A stretch of DNA of 64,000 bases from Octopus bimaculoides (GCF_001194135.2 NC_068985.1:61006151-61070150), one strand, 5' to 3'; counted from the first letter of the stretch, positions 1 through 14,155 are shown. A program made the numbers and translations. The notes: generated by a model from the sequence alone, not told the origin.

Positions 1-8
1 TACATATA

Positions 9-1597
9 TACTGTGTCCCACATTATTAAACAAATCAACCTTCTCTCAATAAATAAATGAATATTCATTCAAAACCAGTTGTTTTCCCACTGACTGTTAG
101 CAACACCTATCTACGCACATTCTATTAAAATAAATCGGATCTGTGCAGATGCCAACAAATGGCAGCCATTTTTGTGATTGAGCAACATTTTCACCATCAC
201 AAATTATTAGGCAAATATAATAAAAATGATAATTGTATCAGAACAAACATTTATTTAATTCAACAGTAAAGGTTTAACAAAAAAATTATTCATAAAGGAC
301 TTAATGGTAAACATAATAACACGTTCGAATGAAAATAATCATGGGATTATGATGTGATACAGCTCCTAATGTTTGATGTATGATTCTTCACGTGCAATAA
401 CCATCTTTATGCACTGATCCATTGAATTTGTCAAGGTGATGATATCTTCTTATGTCATGCTTTGAGCAGCATATACAATAGCATTCCAGACAGCAACTTT
501 ACTTGAAAACTGCTGTCCATCTTGGTAAACATGACTCTTCAGGACACTCCACAGATTCTCAATCAGGTTTAAGTCAGGGGAACAAGGTGGCCACTCCATC
601 AAATGACCTCCAGAGAAGCCTATTTGCTGCAGGTATTCCTTAGAATTCTTCGCTGCATGAGACAGGGCATTATCTTGCATAAAGACCAGCTTTCTCTTGA
701 ATGAAAGTTTTTGCCTTCTGAACGACGGCTGGAAATTGTCCTTTAAGAAGGTAACATATATTTTCCATGTCATCTTAATGCCATCTGGGACTTTCCATGG
801 CCTGACCATCATACCACCAAGGACACCAGCCCAAAACGTGACCCCACCTCCCCCCTGCTGGTGTCTCAACTGATAAGGACAGTTCCTGCTGATTGATACC
901 CAACCTTTACTCTAGCCATCTGGTCTGTTAAGGGTAGCATGGCGTTCATCAGTGAACAGAACTGTTAAAAAATCTATCTTCATGTATTCTTCTGCCTATT
1001 TCAGTCTCTTCTGCTTATGAACATCCTTCAGATGGGGTCCTGTAACAGGTTTAACACTCCTGGTTACCTGCGTCAAGAGGCAACACCTGGTAGTTTTCGA
1101 CACCTCTTCCCTGCCATAATGTTTGAAGATTTCTCTAATTGTCAGACATGGGCTCCATATGACTTCCCTCTTCACATGTGACAAAGTACGATTCGAAGTA
1201 ACCTTTGATTTGACCTTATCTGCCCTTGACCGGACAGAAACTGCACAAACCTCTTCACTGTTCGGTGATCTCTTCCCAATATTTTGGATATTTCTATGGT
1301 TGTTTTTACTTTCCCAAGCTCTGACATGATGGTACCTAGACTTCTCATTTGAGGTAAGATCACGTTTCTGACCCATGACACTTAAATTGGGCACCTGCCT
1401 AATAATTTGGGATAGCAGAAATGTTGCTGCTACACAATAATGGCTGCCGTTTGCTTCCGTCTGTGCAGATCCAATTTATTTTAACAGAAAGTGCACAGAT
1501 TGGTGTTGCCAACAGTCAGGGGAAAACAACTGATTTTGAACAAATATACATTTATTTATGGAGAAGGTTGATTTGCCTAATAATGTGGGGCACAGTG
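9..1597 (-). mobile_element. Complete, decayed Tc1/mariner DNA transposon (DD37E, TRT-like), about 1.59 kb
   Basis: TA at 7-8 and 1598-1599. Terminal inverted repeats: left (t)actgtgtcccacattatt...atggcagccatt (9-170), right aatggctgccgttt...aataatgtggggcacagtg (1439-1597). Inner direct-repeat motif aaattattaggca (about 201-213) and tgcctaataattt (about 1396-1408) gives an IR/DR layout. Internal transposase pseudogene. Confidence 0.93.
366..1376 (-). pseudogene. Tc1-family transposase pseudogene (frameshifts, premature stops), about 337 codons
   Basis: Starts MGQKRDLT (ATG at 1376). HTH segment TIEISKILGRDHRTVKRFV; catalytic motifs FTDE, RHQQGGGGVTFWAG, FMQDNALSH, MEWPPCSPDLNLIENLW; reading through a stop gives ...EDIITLTNSMDQCIKMVIAREESYIKH*. 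37 residues lie between D2 and E. Confidence 0.92.
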
Positions 1598-1604
1598 TAG
1601 TTGT

Positions 1605-1740
1605 GTCGTTAAGAAGTTGGGTTTACGATTATATTGTTCTGCACTTTGGGGAAGTGTCTTCTAACCCTGGGTCATCCAAAGCCTTGAAAGTGAAACTAGG
1701 TAAACAGGGCAAGTGTGCAGAATTCCATACACACATATAT
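1605..1740 (+). repeat. Degenerate SINE-like interspersed repeat (here family B)
   Basis: Similar to better-preserved copies at about 14985-15160 (+), 16262-16385 (-), 16800-16960 (-), 18865-19000 (-), 45745-45900 (-), 57780-57935 (-) and 58860-58990 (-); core ttgggcaagtgtcttctactatagcc...aaagccttgtgagtggatttggtag. Confidence 0.5.
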
Positions 1741-2999
1741 ACGAACACATACATACAGGGTGTGTATGTATAATATATATATATATGAATGTATTTATGT
1801 ATATGAATTGTTGGCAGTTCCAGTAACATCTCTCTTCTCTGCCTATTTTTGTCCTTACAAGTTTGATAAAATATCTACAAAATAAGGGAGTCAATATTAG
1901 CAACAAATAACATTGAATGGAGTGCTCTAGCATGGCTACAACCCAATAATTGAACGTGTGTGTGTATATATAACCAATGAATTAGTGTACACACACAAAC
2001 ACACACATGCATGCACAGACACATGTGCTTCACTAGTGCTGATACTATGATAAAACACACTTGTAAAGTGGTTGGTGTCAAGAAAGACATGTCAAAATAA
2101 CAAGTATGAGTGAGATGTAATTCCTGATCCATCTTGGAAACAAGAAACTCTATATAAGACCCAATTCAGACTGATTATCTAGTCAGCTTGTCGCTGTGCA
2201 GATACGAGACAAAGCCATGATGATAATGATGACAATGATACATGTGTATGTGTGTGTGCGTGAGGGGGGGGGCATAGACATGGAATATGCTTACATTTCT
2301 TCACAACTGTCTAGTTTCTTGTTTTATCCTACTATTAGAAATTCAGGTTGAAATTTGGTAAACAGAAACCATACAACAATCATCTTGAGAGGGGAGGAGA
2401 GAGAGTATGCATGTACACACACACAGAGCTAAGCTGTTCAATGTAAAAAGACCAGTACAATAAAATACCTCAGTTAAAAACAAGAGTTGGTACCAAGAAG
2501 GGCATCCAGACTTAGAATAGGACCTCAAGATGCAAGGAAAAAGTAGGCATAAAAATAATGATTATATACACACCCAAGTAGGCAGAAATTCTTTAGTGTA
2601 CCCAGTGTAAACTAAGGATGAGTAAGAGATGGAGTGATTCCTTAAGTACGTTAACAGAGAAGGTAAATTGTGCATATTGCAGGTGCATAGCAGCAGTGAA
2701 TGCTACAAGCACTTGCAGAATAACTTCCCTCAGGCAACACTCTAGAAGTAGTTGATAGCTTCTGTTACTTAGGGACCTATTTAGCTGTGGCAGGCAGTTT
2801 ATATCATTGCTTTCATTGATAACCAGTCAGCTCTGTAACACTCCTATCACTCGCCTCACTGCAACACAGACTTTCCATCAGAAATCCCTCTTATCACACA
2901 TGCCTTTATCATTCATCTGTTTGTCACCCATTACTTTATCTTTCAAGCTTCTCACACCACTAATTTCTCATCTCCCAGTCATTCTCTCCTGAGTGCTAG

Positions 3000-4117
3000 T
3001 ATATAGAGGGAAAAGTTAAGCATACATGCTGATTCAGTCATATGATGCATATAAATGAGGACAGTTGCATAAAGACATGCTGATAACTTAAAGTGGGTGG
3101 AACTGGTGGAAGAGCGAGACCTATGATCTGGGACAAAGTATTGAGGGTCAATCTCAAAATACTGACAAAGGACTGAGATATTTGGTGCCTTACTTGAGAA
3201 ATGGTGCTTGAGAAATCTCACCCACCACAACTGAATCAATATCCTGAAACCACCTTCGTAAATGCTTGTATGCCCAAAGCTCTACCCCATCCCCATTCCC
3301 ACTGTCCTATTAAGCTCCCCCCACATCTCATCACTTCTTTATCTTTCATATCATTCATCTACCATTATCACTGGAGAGCAGAATGGACACAGACCATGCA
3401 CCCACCTTCATTACCTTCTCCTTTCCTCCCCCTCCTCAGAACCACTTCCATTCCTCATCTTTCTCCATCTATGCTCTCTCCACTCTGCTAAACTGCATTT
3501 TTACACTTCTTTTATCCCCTATCTCTCCCAATGCCCTCACATATCTAACATAACCCCCTCCTTGCAAGCCACTTCTATGTGTCTCACCTTCAATTTCTAG
3601 AGCCACCTCTGTCCCATCTAACCATCTCTCATCAAATTCTCATGAAATTTTTCCCCTCTGTCTCCCTACCCAGTCCAATCCTCTGTATCTCCTCCCACCC
3701 ACTGTACTTTGAGTGCATGTCTTAATATCACCATCTCTCCCACTCACTCCATCTTTCTCTCTAGATTTCCTTCTCCCTTGTTCTCCAATTGTATCTCTTT
3801 TACAGTGTGACACTTATCTCTATAGTCTTTCATTCTTTTAATTTCTCATCAACTGGCACAAAGCCACTTCCCTCAATACTACCCCTCCCCCAGTCAGAGC
3901 AAGGACGTTGTCTTGCCTCGAAAGTTTTTTGGTGACACCCCCAGTACATTCTGTGAAGTGGCTGACATTAGGAAGGGTATCCAGCTATAGAAACTATGGC
4001 AAAACAGACAATAGAACTTGGCATAGCTCTCCAGCTTGCCAGCTCATCAAACCATCCAACAGAATGGACAGAATGGAAAACAGGTGTTTGATGATGATGA
4101 TGATGATGATAATGATG
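3000..4117 (+). mobile_element. 3' fragment of an RTE-clade LINE: end of ORF, long pyrimidine-rich 3' UTR and (GAT)n tail
   Basis: Translates as MNEDSCIKTC..LKVGGTGGRARP..WDKV..., the RTE C-terminus. It is followed by a CT-rich tract and the tail ...ttaggaagggtatccagctatagaaac...(gat)n; the same order occurs in two other RTE copies in this window. Confidence 0.72.
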
Positions 4118-6710
4118 GAAGAGCAAAGTAATTTTGATAATTAGTAAGAACAGAACGGGGTGTGGATGTACTTGACTTCATTAATTATTCATCTTTACCC
4201 CTGAATGTATTAGACTTACTTGCTGTTAAGAATCAGAGATCTATTACAAAGATCAATCAGTTTTACAAATGTACAGGCAGTTAAGGTACTCTTCATTCCT
4301 ATCATTAAACAGTCAAACCATAGGAATTTTGTGCATCACCTTTGACCCTTGTAGGTTTGTTCTATCACATTAACTGTTTGAGGTTCAATATTCCTAATGA
4401 GATACAGTCTATATTTCAATTAATTCTTGAAAACAATCATGAATTTGATGGACTTAGTAAAATAATTAACTTTTTTATTAAGTGGATATTTCAAACACAA
4501 AAAAAGGTTCTTACATAAAGATTATGATGGCTGGGTCAAATTTAAACAGGGACACTCTAAAAATTAGAGGCAGTCTAAAGAGTTAATCCTTGATATTTTA
4601 GGATCATCACTTAAAACAAAAGCAACATTTTGATGATGATTGAAAACACAAAAATCTCATGGAACTATTTTTAGTATTGTTGTTGTTTAGCACCAGGTAA
4701 ATCCTTACTGAGCAAACCTATGATAAGCCATAACAGCCATGGGCATACTGTCTCTATATGGTAGTGTAAGACTATATCATGTAATCATCCTTCCTTTCTT
4801 TAAGAGGGGATTTTGAGTAGTATTTCTAACATGTAGTGACTATCTTGATTCATCATTTTCTGTAGTAGAAATTAAGAATCCACAGAGGCAATATTTGATT
4901 CTGTAGGGTTTACAGAGGCAGCACTGATATCAGTTTCTGTAGCATTAAGCATGAAAAAATAACAATCTCCCCAAAGATAGCTTACAAATTTTTCTTTTTT
5001 CTCTGGAATCGCAGTAACTAATTTCTCTAAAGTCCTGGTTTCTATTCTGTAATTTCTCTACTCTCTAGGATATGTAGAATTAAATGTCTTGCTTTATGTA
5101 AGATATGAACTCATGATCTATGAGGTGCCTCTATAGAAACCCAGAAATAACTAACAATAAAGTACAAATAATTAAGGCAGTGAATATAATTAAAATAATT
5201 AGAACATTTTTGCATATCAATGAAATACTGAAATCTATTCTTTAATAAGAAATAACTGGTTTGAAAAAAAGTAATGGATCTTTTCTAATTAATTCTTATT
5301 AAATAACTTAAAAGTAAATTTATTTGAAAGTAAATGATTCCCTCCAAAACTGATAGTAAATAATAATAAAAACCAATATCATAAAAGATAAAAGGTAATA
5401 ATATATTTTAGTAACAAAAATAAATGAGAACTGAGAACACATCAAGTGTTTAAAACACAAACAGTAAACATTATATAAAATCACATGTAATCAACATTGA
5501 CATGTGGACATGAAAAAGTTCCAAGGTGATAGGAAAAAGTAAACAACGAGAGATAAGTAATGTGTTAAGCAGTGTGGCAGAACAGTACAAAAGTGGTATA
5601 ATAAGGAAAGAGTACTCACTAACGTCAGCCCCCATTCTGTAAATGTAAAGACAACAGGTGCAATGGTCGAAAAAAGGCTCGACAACTTTCTCAGCTTTTA
5701 CATTTGAACAGGCAGAAAGGAAACACGATAAGAATAAATAGTATAACAAAGTTCACAATTAATGTTCTATAGTCTTTCGTATGTCCACACGGAATGTTAT
5801 CCAGGATGTATACAAGATTCGAAAAGGTGATAACATCGGCAGACATGTCAAGAGAAAGTTGTCTGGTGGAAGAAGCCCAGGCAGGAGCATAATAAGATGC
5901 TAACAGACTGACTTGCAAGGATGGTGGGAGGATATAGTAGCAGTGATATAGTTGGTGAAAGAGAGGAGTAGCTGCAATAAAGTTCTGTTGGATTTCTCAG
6001 CAACATTTGCCAAGCTTAAATAAGCACTGGTTGCTAGAGTACTGTAAGTATAGCAGCCCTCACAGACAGTGATTACACCTGAGTAAGGAGAAAAAACAGC
6101 ACGTTGGCACCACCAGGTTTTAGCTAACAGTAATTAAGAGTGTGTTAGTGATGATGTAGGGCTTAGCAGTCTTAACTGGTATACTTTTAACAGATGGAAA
6201 GGGGAGCGGTATTACATAGTACCAGAAATAACTTGTGCCATTTCTTTTCACAGTTGATAATGATCAGTTGTTGAAAAAGAATATAAATAAAAGATATTGC
6301 AAAAAAACGAAATTCTGACTTGATAGCATGTGAAGTCTGTTATTGGTTAATCGGACCATATTGTATTTCATAATATTTCATGTAGCAAGGATTGCCAATG
6401 ATAAGCTACATGCAAAACTGTAACACAGATAAACTTATTTCATAACAAAATTTCAAATTTCATTAATGAAATACTTTTAGGATATCAGTAAAATACAAAA
6501 TACTGACATATGCATACATACCATATGGGTATGTATGTATATGTGTGTGTATGTGTGTGTGTGTATATACACACATCATATATAACACACACACACATAC
6601 ATATATATTTTTATACATACTATATATACATACTTTTTATATAGTATATACACACATACACGTACACAGATATAAATACTTACTATATATATATATATAT
6701 ATATATATAT

Positions 6711-6998
6711 NNNNNNNNNNNNNNNNNNNNNNNNNNNNNNNNNNNNNNNNNNNNNNNNNNNNNNNNNNNNNNNNNNNNNNNNNNNNNNNNNNNNNNNNNN
6801 NNNNNNNNNNNNNNNNNNNNNNNNNNNNNNNNNNNNNNNNNNNNNNNNNNNNNNNNNNNNNNNNNNNNNNNNNNNNNNNNNNNNNNNNNNNNNNNNNNNN
6901 NNNNNNNNNNNNNNNNNNNNNNNNNNNNNNNNNNNNNNNNNNNNNNNNNNNNNNNNNNNNNNNNNNNNNNNNNNNNNNNNNNNNNNNNNNNNNNNNNN
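6711..6998. other. Assembly gap (288 N) inside a (TA)n microsatellite
   Basis: N run flanked by TA dinucleotide repeats on both sides. Confidence 0.98.
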
Positions 6999-7049
<51 letters not shown>

Positions 7050-8952
7050 GTATGTATGTATGTATGTATATAATGTGTGTATATATTATCATCCTCATCA
7101 GTTAATGCCCGTCTTCCATACTGGCACTGTTCAAAAGAATCTGTCAAGCCCCAATGTCTGCTTTGGCATAACTTTCCACAGCTGGATGCCCTTCCTAATG
7201 CCAACCACTTTACATGGTGTACTCCATGCTTTCTTCTTTGTTTGTTTTGTTTTTAATACCAACACTAAAGAACTTACAAGACAAGCTTGCTAGACTGAGT
7301 GGGACTACAGTAGGGATAATGGGGGTGGCTTTAGACCAGATATTGAGAGACTAAAGTATCATAGAAGAATAGGATTAGGTGTTTTGTAGTAGAGGAGATC
7401 CATGGCTACTCAAGCAGGAAAATGAGAAAAAGATGGTAGCCATTAGGTGCCAGACATACTCTCAGGAAAGAGGAGAATATAAGAGTGAATTGGACAGAGG
7501 ATTGAGGATGGATGGATGGGTAAGTTTGTGAAAGTGTGACAGGAGAGTGGCAGGTGATGGGGTTAGAGGAAAATGGAGAACAGTGGTGGAGGTGTGGTCG
7601 ATGATGAATATCAGTTTGGGGCAGGCAGAAAACAAAGAAAATAGAAGTGTGTCAGCAAGAAGGGAGTGATGAGCAGCAGTGCAAAAAAGGGGGTCAAGAG
7701 CAGAATAGGACTTCTAGTTAGATGAGAAGTGTGGAGAGAGAGAGAGAGGGGGAGATAAAGAGACAGAGAGAGGAGATGTACAGTAACATAGACAGAGGTA
7801 AGAGCTATGTTGAGGTGGAAATAGGGAGTGACAAAGATGGAAGACATGAGAGAATATTCAGTGAGAAATAAAGTGGTAAGGATGATACTGAGAATACAGG
7901 ATAGGTGACAAAACAAAGTGGTCCCAAGGATATAATTACAGTGGTTGAATAAATGGTGGATGGGGTAAATATACACAATACTTTGAGATGGATAGTCCTC
8001 TAGAACACAGCAAATCACCAATCATCTCAATCTTTTATCATTATGAGGCTCAACGTCCTGAGGTCAGTCATAACTACTTCACCCTAAATCCTCCTGGGTC
8101 TCCCTCTTCCACAAGTTCCATCCACATTTACCGATTAGCACTCTTTTATGCAACCCTCCTCATTAGTGCAATCTTCTCTCAAGCACAGCGTCCAATTTTT
8201 CTCTCAACACATTTACACTTTGTTATACATGTACACTGATGATGCACATCCCACAAAGCATGTTAGCTTCATTTCTTTCTAGTCTTCATATACCCATTAC
8301 ATTTAAGGCCCATATTTCACCAACATGTAGCATTGCTATTCATATACAAGCATCACACAACCTGCCTTTTACTCTGAGAGAGAGGCTTTTTGTTATCAAC
8401 AGAGATTTAAGTTCTCTAAACATTCTCCAACCAGTTCTTATTTTAGCACACTCCCCTGCACACTAAATTCCTTGCTGAGTTCATTGTGGATTCTTGCTTG
8501 CTGACTGTCTCTTCATACATAGCTTATTTATCCCTAGTTTCCTTAACTACCACTAAATCACAGTGCAAAGGGCTCAGTTAAAGACTTTCTCCAGACGGAC
8601 AAATGCTAGGTATAGCAGCTTATTCCCAGCTATGCATCTGGAGAATGTTCATAGAACTATGGTTTCTTGATAACAAAAAGCTTCTCTCTCAGAGTGAAAG
8701 GTAGATTGTGTGATGCTTGTATATGAACAACAATGCTACATGGTAGTGAAACATGAATCATGAATGTAAAGTGTATATGAAGACTAGAAATAAATTAAAC
8801 TAATATACTTGCAGTTGTTTCACAAGGAATATGGTGTCACTTATACCTCTTCCTGAGAGAAAGCCAGAGTACACCTTATCTAGACTAATTCTGTCTCTAA
8901 TCAGTTTTGCAATAACCCTTTCAATAACTTACAACCTAGTGAAACTGTTTGA

Positions 8953-8989
<37 letters not shown>

Positions 8990-9673
8990 CACACACACAC
9001 TTCTCAACATCCCTTATAGCAGTTTACAATGATATTTCAGCACTGGTCATAGGTATGACACCTTCCTGTATTATCTAATTTACTATTCAAGAGACTAATT
9101 TGTACTATATATCACCAGTTATTTTAAGCAGTTGTCCCTGATGGCTCATCTGCTTTCCCGATTTATTCTTTCTACAATGCCACTGTCAGCTTGGATGGTT
9201 GGGTCTACATGAGGTTAGTACTATGTACCAGCCTGTCTCTCATTCTCCAATATATTCTCCACATTCATCAGCCTCACATAGGCACTTCCATGCCTCTTTC
9301 TTATCAATGGCAATGAGAGTAAGTGTGCTGTTTTCATTCCATATATACTTCTCAACATCTCAATTTTCTCTATTAAACTACCTAGCAATGCAGGACACGC
9401 ACACCTCACATTGCAAAACCTGTACAAACTTAGTTTTTCCCTCTCCTCTCACCACATGTATCTGATGTTTGGCTTCTTTTCCAGCAATTTGGTATTTTTC
9501 TCTGCCTCCTCTTCTTTTCTACTCTTGTATCTTTATCATTATAGATCTAGCTTCAGTGTTATTCCACCATTACATCAACATGTGTTTGGCTAGGATGTTG
9601 CACCAACCATAAGTTTTATATGTAACCTCCAACAGACTGTCCTGTAAAAACTGCCAGCTTTGCTCTATGTTAT

Positions 9674-9979
9674 TGTTATAATGTGGTTCTTCATCCACTT
9701 GTATGCTGTTGTCGACACTGTAATATTCTTGTCACCACTATTATGCTGTGGCAGCATTCCACATCTTATTATCTTTGCTATTGCTGATAGCTCCACATGC
9801 CCACGACTTTAAAACGTCTACCTTGACGGTAAGTCGAACTCATATATATCACGTAACTGACAGACACCAACTGAGAATATTACAATGAATCTACTACTAC
9901 TGACCCCCAACAACGACTGACTGTCTGACTTTATACCACTTTGTCACATGGGAAGGAGTGTACCATTTTCACTACAACA
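9674..9979 (-). repeat. 3' LTR of the Gypsy element
   Basis: tgttataatgtgg...ctacaaca on the + strand; aligns with 14156-14461. Confidence 0.93.
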
Positions 9980-10098
9980 TCACTCCTTTTAGTTTTTTTT
10001 TTTTTCTCTTTGAGAAGCAATTAATTTAATTTTACTTTATTCACCCCTCCTCCCTTTTTAGCATTTTTTTTCAACTTAATACTTTTTCTTTTTGGCAT

Positions 10099-13000
10099 CT
10101 ATTTGTAGGAACTCTGTGTTCTTCCTTCTTCCACTTGTATGCGTGGGTTCAACCACCTGTAACAGTGTTCGTACCTGGAATGTGTTATACAGCCATTCCA
10201 TAGGTTCTTCCACTCTGGTTCATTTTCTATGAATCTCTTCTTCAATTGATTTCTGTATCGTTTTTCAATACCTTTTCTGTGTTTAATTCCGTACATCATT
10301 TTTCCTGTGTACTTTAACATTTTCCCTTCTTCCCAGTATTGTTTTCTGTTTTTATATAACTTCATGTACACCTTATCACCAATTCTGAAAAATTTTGGAT
10401 TGTCTTTCCTAATACTTTTTCTTTCCTTGCCAGGTAACAGTTTATCAAAAACTGATTTCACCTTCATGCGAACATCAGTTCAGCTGGTGAACTTCCTGCT
10501 GGTGTATTGGGGTTTGGCGTCACCCTGTTTACCTTTAGGAACTGTTGCAGAGTGATTTCGTCTGTGGCTTCCTTGTTACCTTTTCTCAAAACTCTTTTGA
10601 AAGTGTCCATTTGATCTGGGATGGTAAGGTGCTATCGTTTATGTTCTACCGTGAACATTTCGCAGAATTTTCTAAATTCACTGGACACAAATTGTGTTCC
10701 ATTATCAGAAACAATCACTTCTGGGAGGCCAAATCTTGCAAATAATTCGTGTAAAAAATTTATTACCGTTGTGGAGGTTGGCCTTTTGCACTTAATAATT
10801 TCCGACCATTTTGTAAAACTGCCACTATGTAGTAATAATCATTTAATGGACCCGCAAAATCAATGTCTGGTCTTGTCCATGGACTTCTTCCTTCTGGCCA
10901 AGGCTCCCATTTATGAGTAGGCAATTTCACTGCCAGAGCACATCCTCTGCAGCCTTTTACTACATTTTCAACTTCCTTGTCCATCTTCAGCCAATACACA
11001 TAACTGTGCATAAGCACTTTCATCCTTGCAATCCTTGGATGTCTAATATGGAATTCTTTCAACATTCTTTCTCGTAGAATCTCAGGTATCACTACCCTTT
11101 GGCCATACGTCAGTATGCAGTTGAATATATATTTACCTCTTGTCGCTTTTCTTACTGAGCCTTTTTTTTTGTTTTCTTTTGCTGATCACAGAATTTTTTG
11201 TTTTTTTGTTTCATTGATGAACTTGTCTTTTGACGTGTGTTGCTTTATCTCCTTCAGAGTTATTGGTAACTCTCAAACAATGTTCCACATTATGTGTTTA
11301 AATTCCCCTTTGACTCTTAGGGCTGCTATGACTGTGTCCTTGAATGGTTTGCCATTTCTGGGTATTAACCTGGATAGGCCATCAGCATGTCCTAGCTTCT
11401 CTGAAGGTAAATATTCTATTGCATAGTTGTAGTTTAGTAGTGTGGTGCCCCATTGCTGAAACCTAATTGCTGTATGTACTGGAAAGCTTTCTTGGATCCA
11501 TAAATCATTAGCAACAGGTGATGGTCTATTTGTAGTCTAAACTGTCTCCCATGTATAAGCCTGTGGAACTTTTTTTATGCCAAATATAATCGCCAGTGCC
11601 TCTCTTTCAATTTGGCTATAGATTCTTTCTGCTGGCAATAGCGACCTTGACACATGAACTATGGCCTTTTGGCTGCCATCTTCACACTTATGTAGGAATA
11701 TGACACCTACCCCGTACTCACCAGCATTTGTTGCCAATATTGTTTTGAACTTCGGATCAAAGTGTGTAAGCAACAAGTCTGATGTTAATGCTTTTTAGTT
11801 CTTCAAATGCCTTCTGGCATTTTTCTGACCAAAACTATTTTGCATCCTTTTTTAACAGCCCATTTAGTGGAGCATTTGTGTTGTGTATGTTCAGGATATA
11901 TATACTTGATAGTAGGTCAGCAAGCCTAAAAAAGCTTGTAACAATTTAATGTTCATTGGGAGAGGCATATTCTGTATTGCCATCACCCTTGATGGGTCTG
12001 GCCTTCATCCTCTTTCATTAATTACTTGACCCAAATAATTGAGTTTTTCATCAAAAAATCACACTTTCCCTCTGTTAGTCTAAACCTGTATTCATTTACT
12101 TTTCCGAATACTTTTTTGATATGTTTGAAGTGTTGCTCCACTGACTGGCTCTTTATCAAAATATTGAGATACATGATAGCAAAGTCGCAATCATTTAACA
12201 TTGCATCCATCACTTGTTGGAGTATGACAGGTGCCACTTTTACTCCAAAAGGAAGCCATTTGAATTTATACAATCCATAGTGTGTGTTGATTGTTAAAAG
12301 GAGTGCACAATCTTCCTCTACCTGTATCTGTAGATAAGCTTCCAAGAGGTCTAACTTCAAGAAAATTTTTTCTTCATTTAGTTTTGAGAACACTTCTGGG
12401 TTTGATAACGGAGAGTTGTGTTTGAATAAACAGTCATTTAATCCAGTTGAAAAGTCTGCACACACTCTTAGTTTATTTATTTTTTTTCTTTACATAAACC
12501 ATCAGAGCTGCCCAGTCTGAATGGTTGACTTTTTCAATTATAGCTAGACATTTTTTGTCTTTCTAGCTCTTTATTGACTGATCCAATGCCACAAACAGCA
12601 TATTCCGGTGTTGCCTTTTCTTTTACCGTGATCCTTGCTTTTGTTTTAGTGCAACAGCCTAATCCTTCCCCCAAAAAACATTTGGGAACAATTTAAAATT
12701 TTTTTTTGTCTCAGTTGTTCAACTTCATTTGAACTTTTAACCATGCTGACTACATTTTCACAAAGAACACTAATGGGAGCATCCCACATTTTAAATAACT
12801 CCATGCATTTTATACCAAATAGGTTTAGTGATTTTTTTTCAACACAAATGATTGTCTTTTCATTTTACCTTGAAAAGTTATATTGCAAATACATTCACTG
12901 ATGAAATGGAATTTCTTTCCTGTAACACTATATGCTACTTTATTTGATTTAACTAATTTCGGTTTACCGATTTGTCGCCAAGTTCCTTCATTTATGATAG

Positions 13001-14050
13001 TGATGTCACTACCTGTATCTAATTGCATTTTGACACTAGTGGTTTCGATTCTCACCTTCATGAATTTTTCTGTTCTTGTACAAACTTTTTTCTCTGATGA
13101 CAATCTTTCTTTTTTCTCATTTGGTCCAGTTTTCCATCATCTTAGTTGTGCAGAGTGATTTAATGTGTCCTGTGTTCCCACAATGAAAACACTTTGCATT
13201 TTTGAATGGACACTCATTTCTCAGGTGCCTACCACCAGATGCCATACATGGGTTTATCTCTTGATGTGTATCGTGTTTTTTTGTGAAACACTTTATCTGT
13301 CTTCCAACTCTTCCACACTGGTTTTATCTGTAAACTATCTCTGCGTTGGATTTCTTCTGTGTTGTGCCATATTTTTAACATCACATCGCACTCTTCTGAC
13401 AGTTTCTGGAGAGTTATATCCTGGTTCATTTCCAGCTCTGCAAGAATTTTCATTCTGATTTCTGTGTCCTTTTTAGCAGTATGTCCCTGAGCAAAAATCA
13501 GGCAGTTAAACAAGTCTGGAGTTAGTTAAATCTCTCACACTCTCAGTTCACTCTACTTGCATATGTTGTAAAATCTTCGTCGTGGCTTTTCTGCATGTTT
13601 AAACACTTCCAATGTGTGATGAATAACAAAGTTTTTTCACTGAACATCTTACATAAAATGTCAACTGTGTCCATGAAATTTATGTCAGAAACTTTTTTTA
13701 GGCAATATAAAGTTACAGTATTTCTCATGCTCTATCGTCGCTGGTTTCCTCAGGATTAGATGCATTTTCATTTCATCCATCCAGTTGTGGCATTCTTTTT
13801 CGAAAATTTGTTCAAATCTTCACTAATATGCCTCAAAAGTGATTCTTTCTTCCAGGTCATATTTAAATTCATTTACTGAATTTGCTACATGGTCTGATGA
13901 AAACATATTTTCTGGTTTTGTTACCAACTTCATTAGTTGTAGCATTTGTTGCTGTAACATTTATTGTTGTTCTTTGAGTTGTTGCTGTTTTTGCAACTCA
14001 ACTAAACCCTTTAACAAGTTTTCCATAATGTTAGGGATTTTTCATAAAAT
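10099..14050 (-). pseudogene. Gypsy gag-pol pseudogene (multiple frameshifts)
   Basis: Gag zinc knuckle CFHCGNTGHIKSLC (about 13150-13200); protease QLDTGSDITII (12825-13103); RT LDLLEAYLQI..TINTHYGLYKFKWLPFGVKVAP (12022-12465); RNase H LLTHFDP..SRSLLPAERIYSQIEREALAIIFG (11537-11776); integrase HHCC HIRHP..CRGC and WTRPDIDFAGP (10763-11092). Confidence 0.93.
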
Positions 14051-14155
14051 ACACACAACAAAAATGATTGTTACTCCTCTGTTGAGTTTTTAATTTCTCC
14101 ACATGAAAAATTTTTCGACATTGTCCACATGAATTGTTTATATTCTTGTTACCAC

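Noticed and set aside
6545-7204. Long ORFs listed across the TA repeat and N gap
   Set aside because: Artefacts of N runs and dinucleotide repeats.
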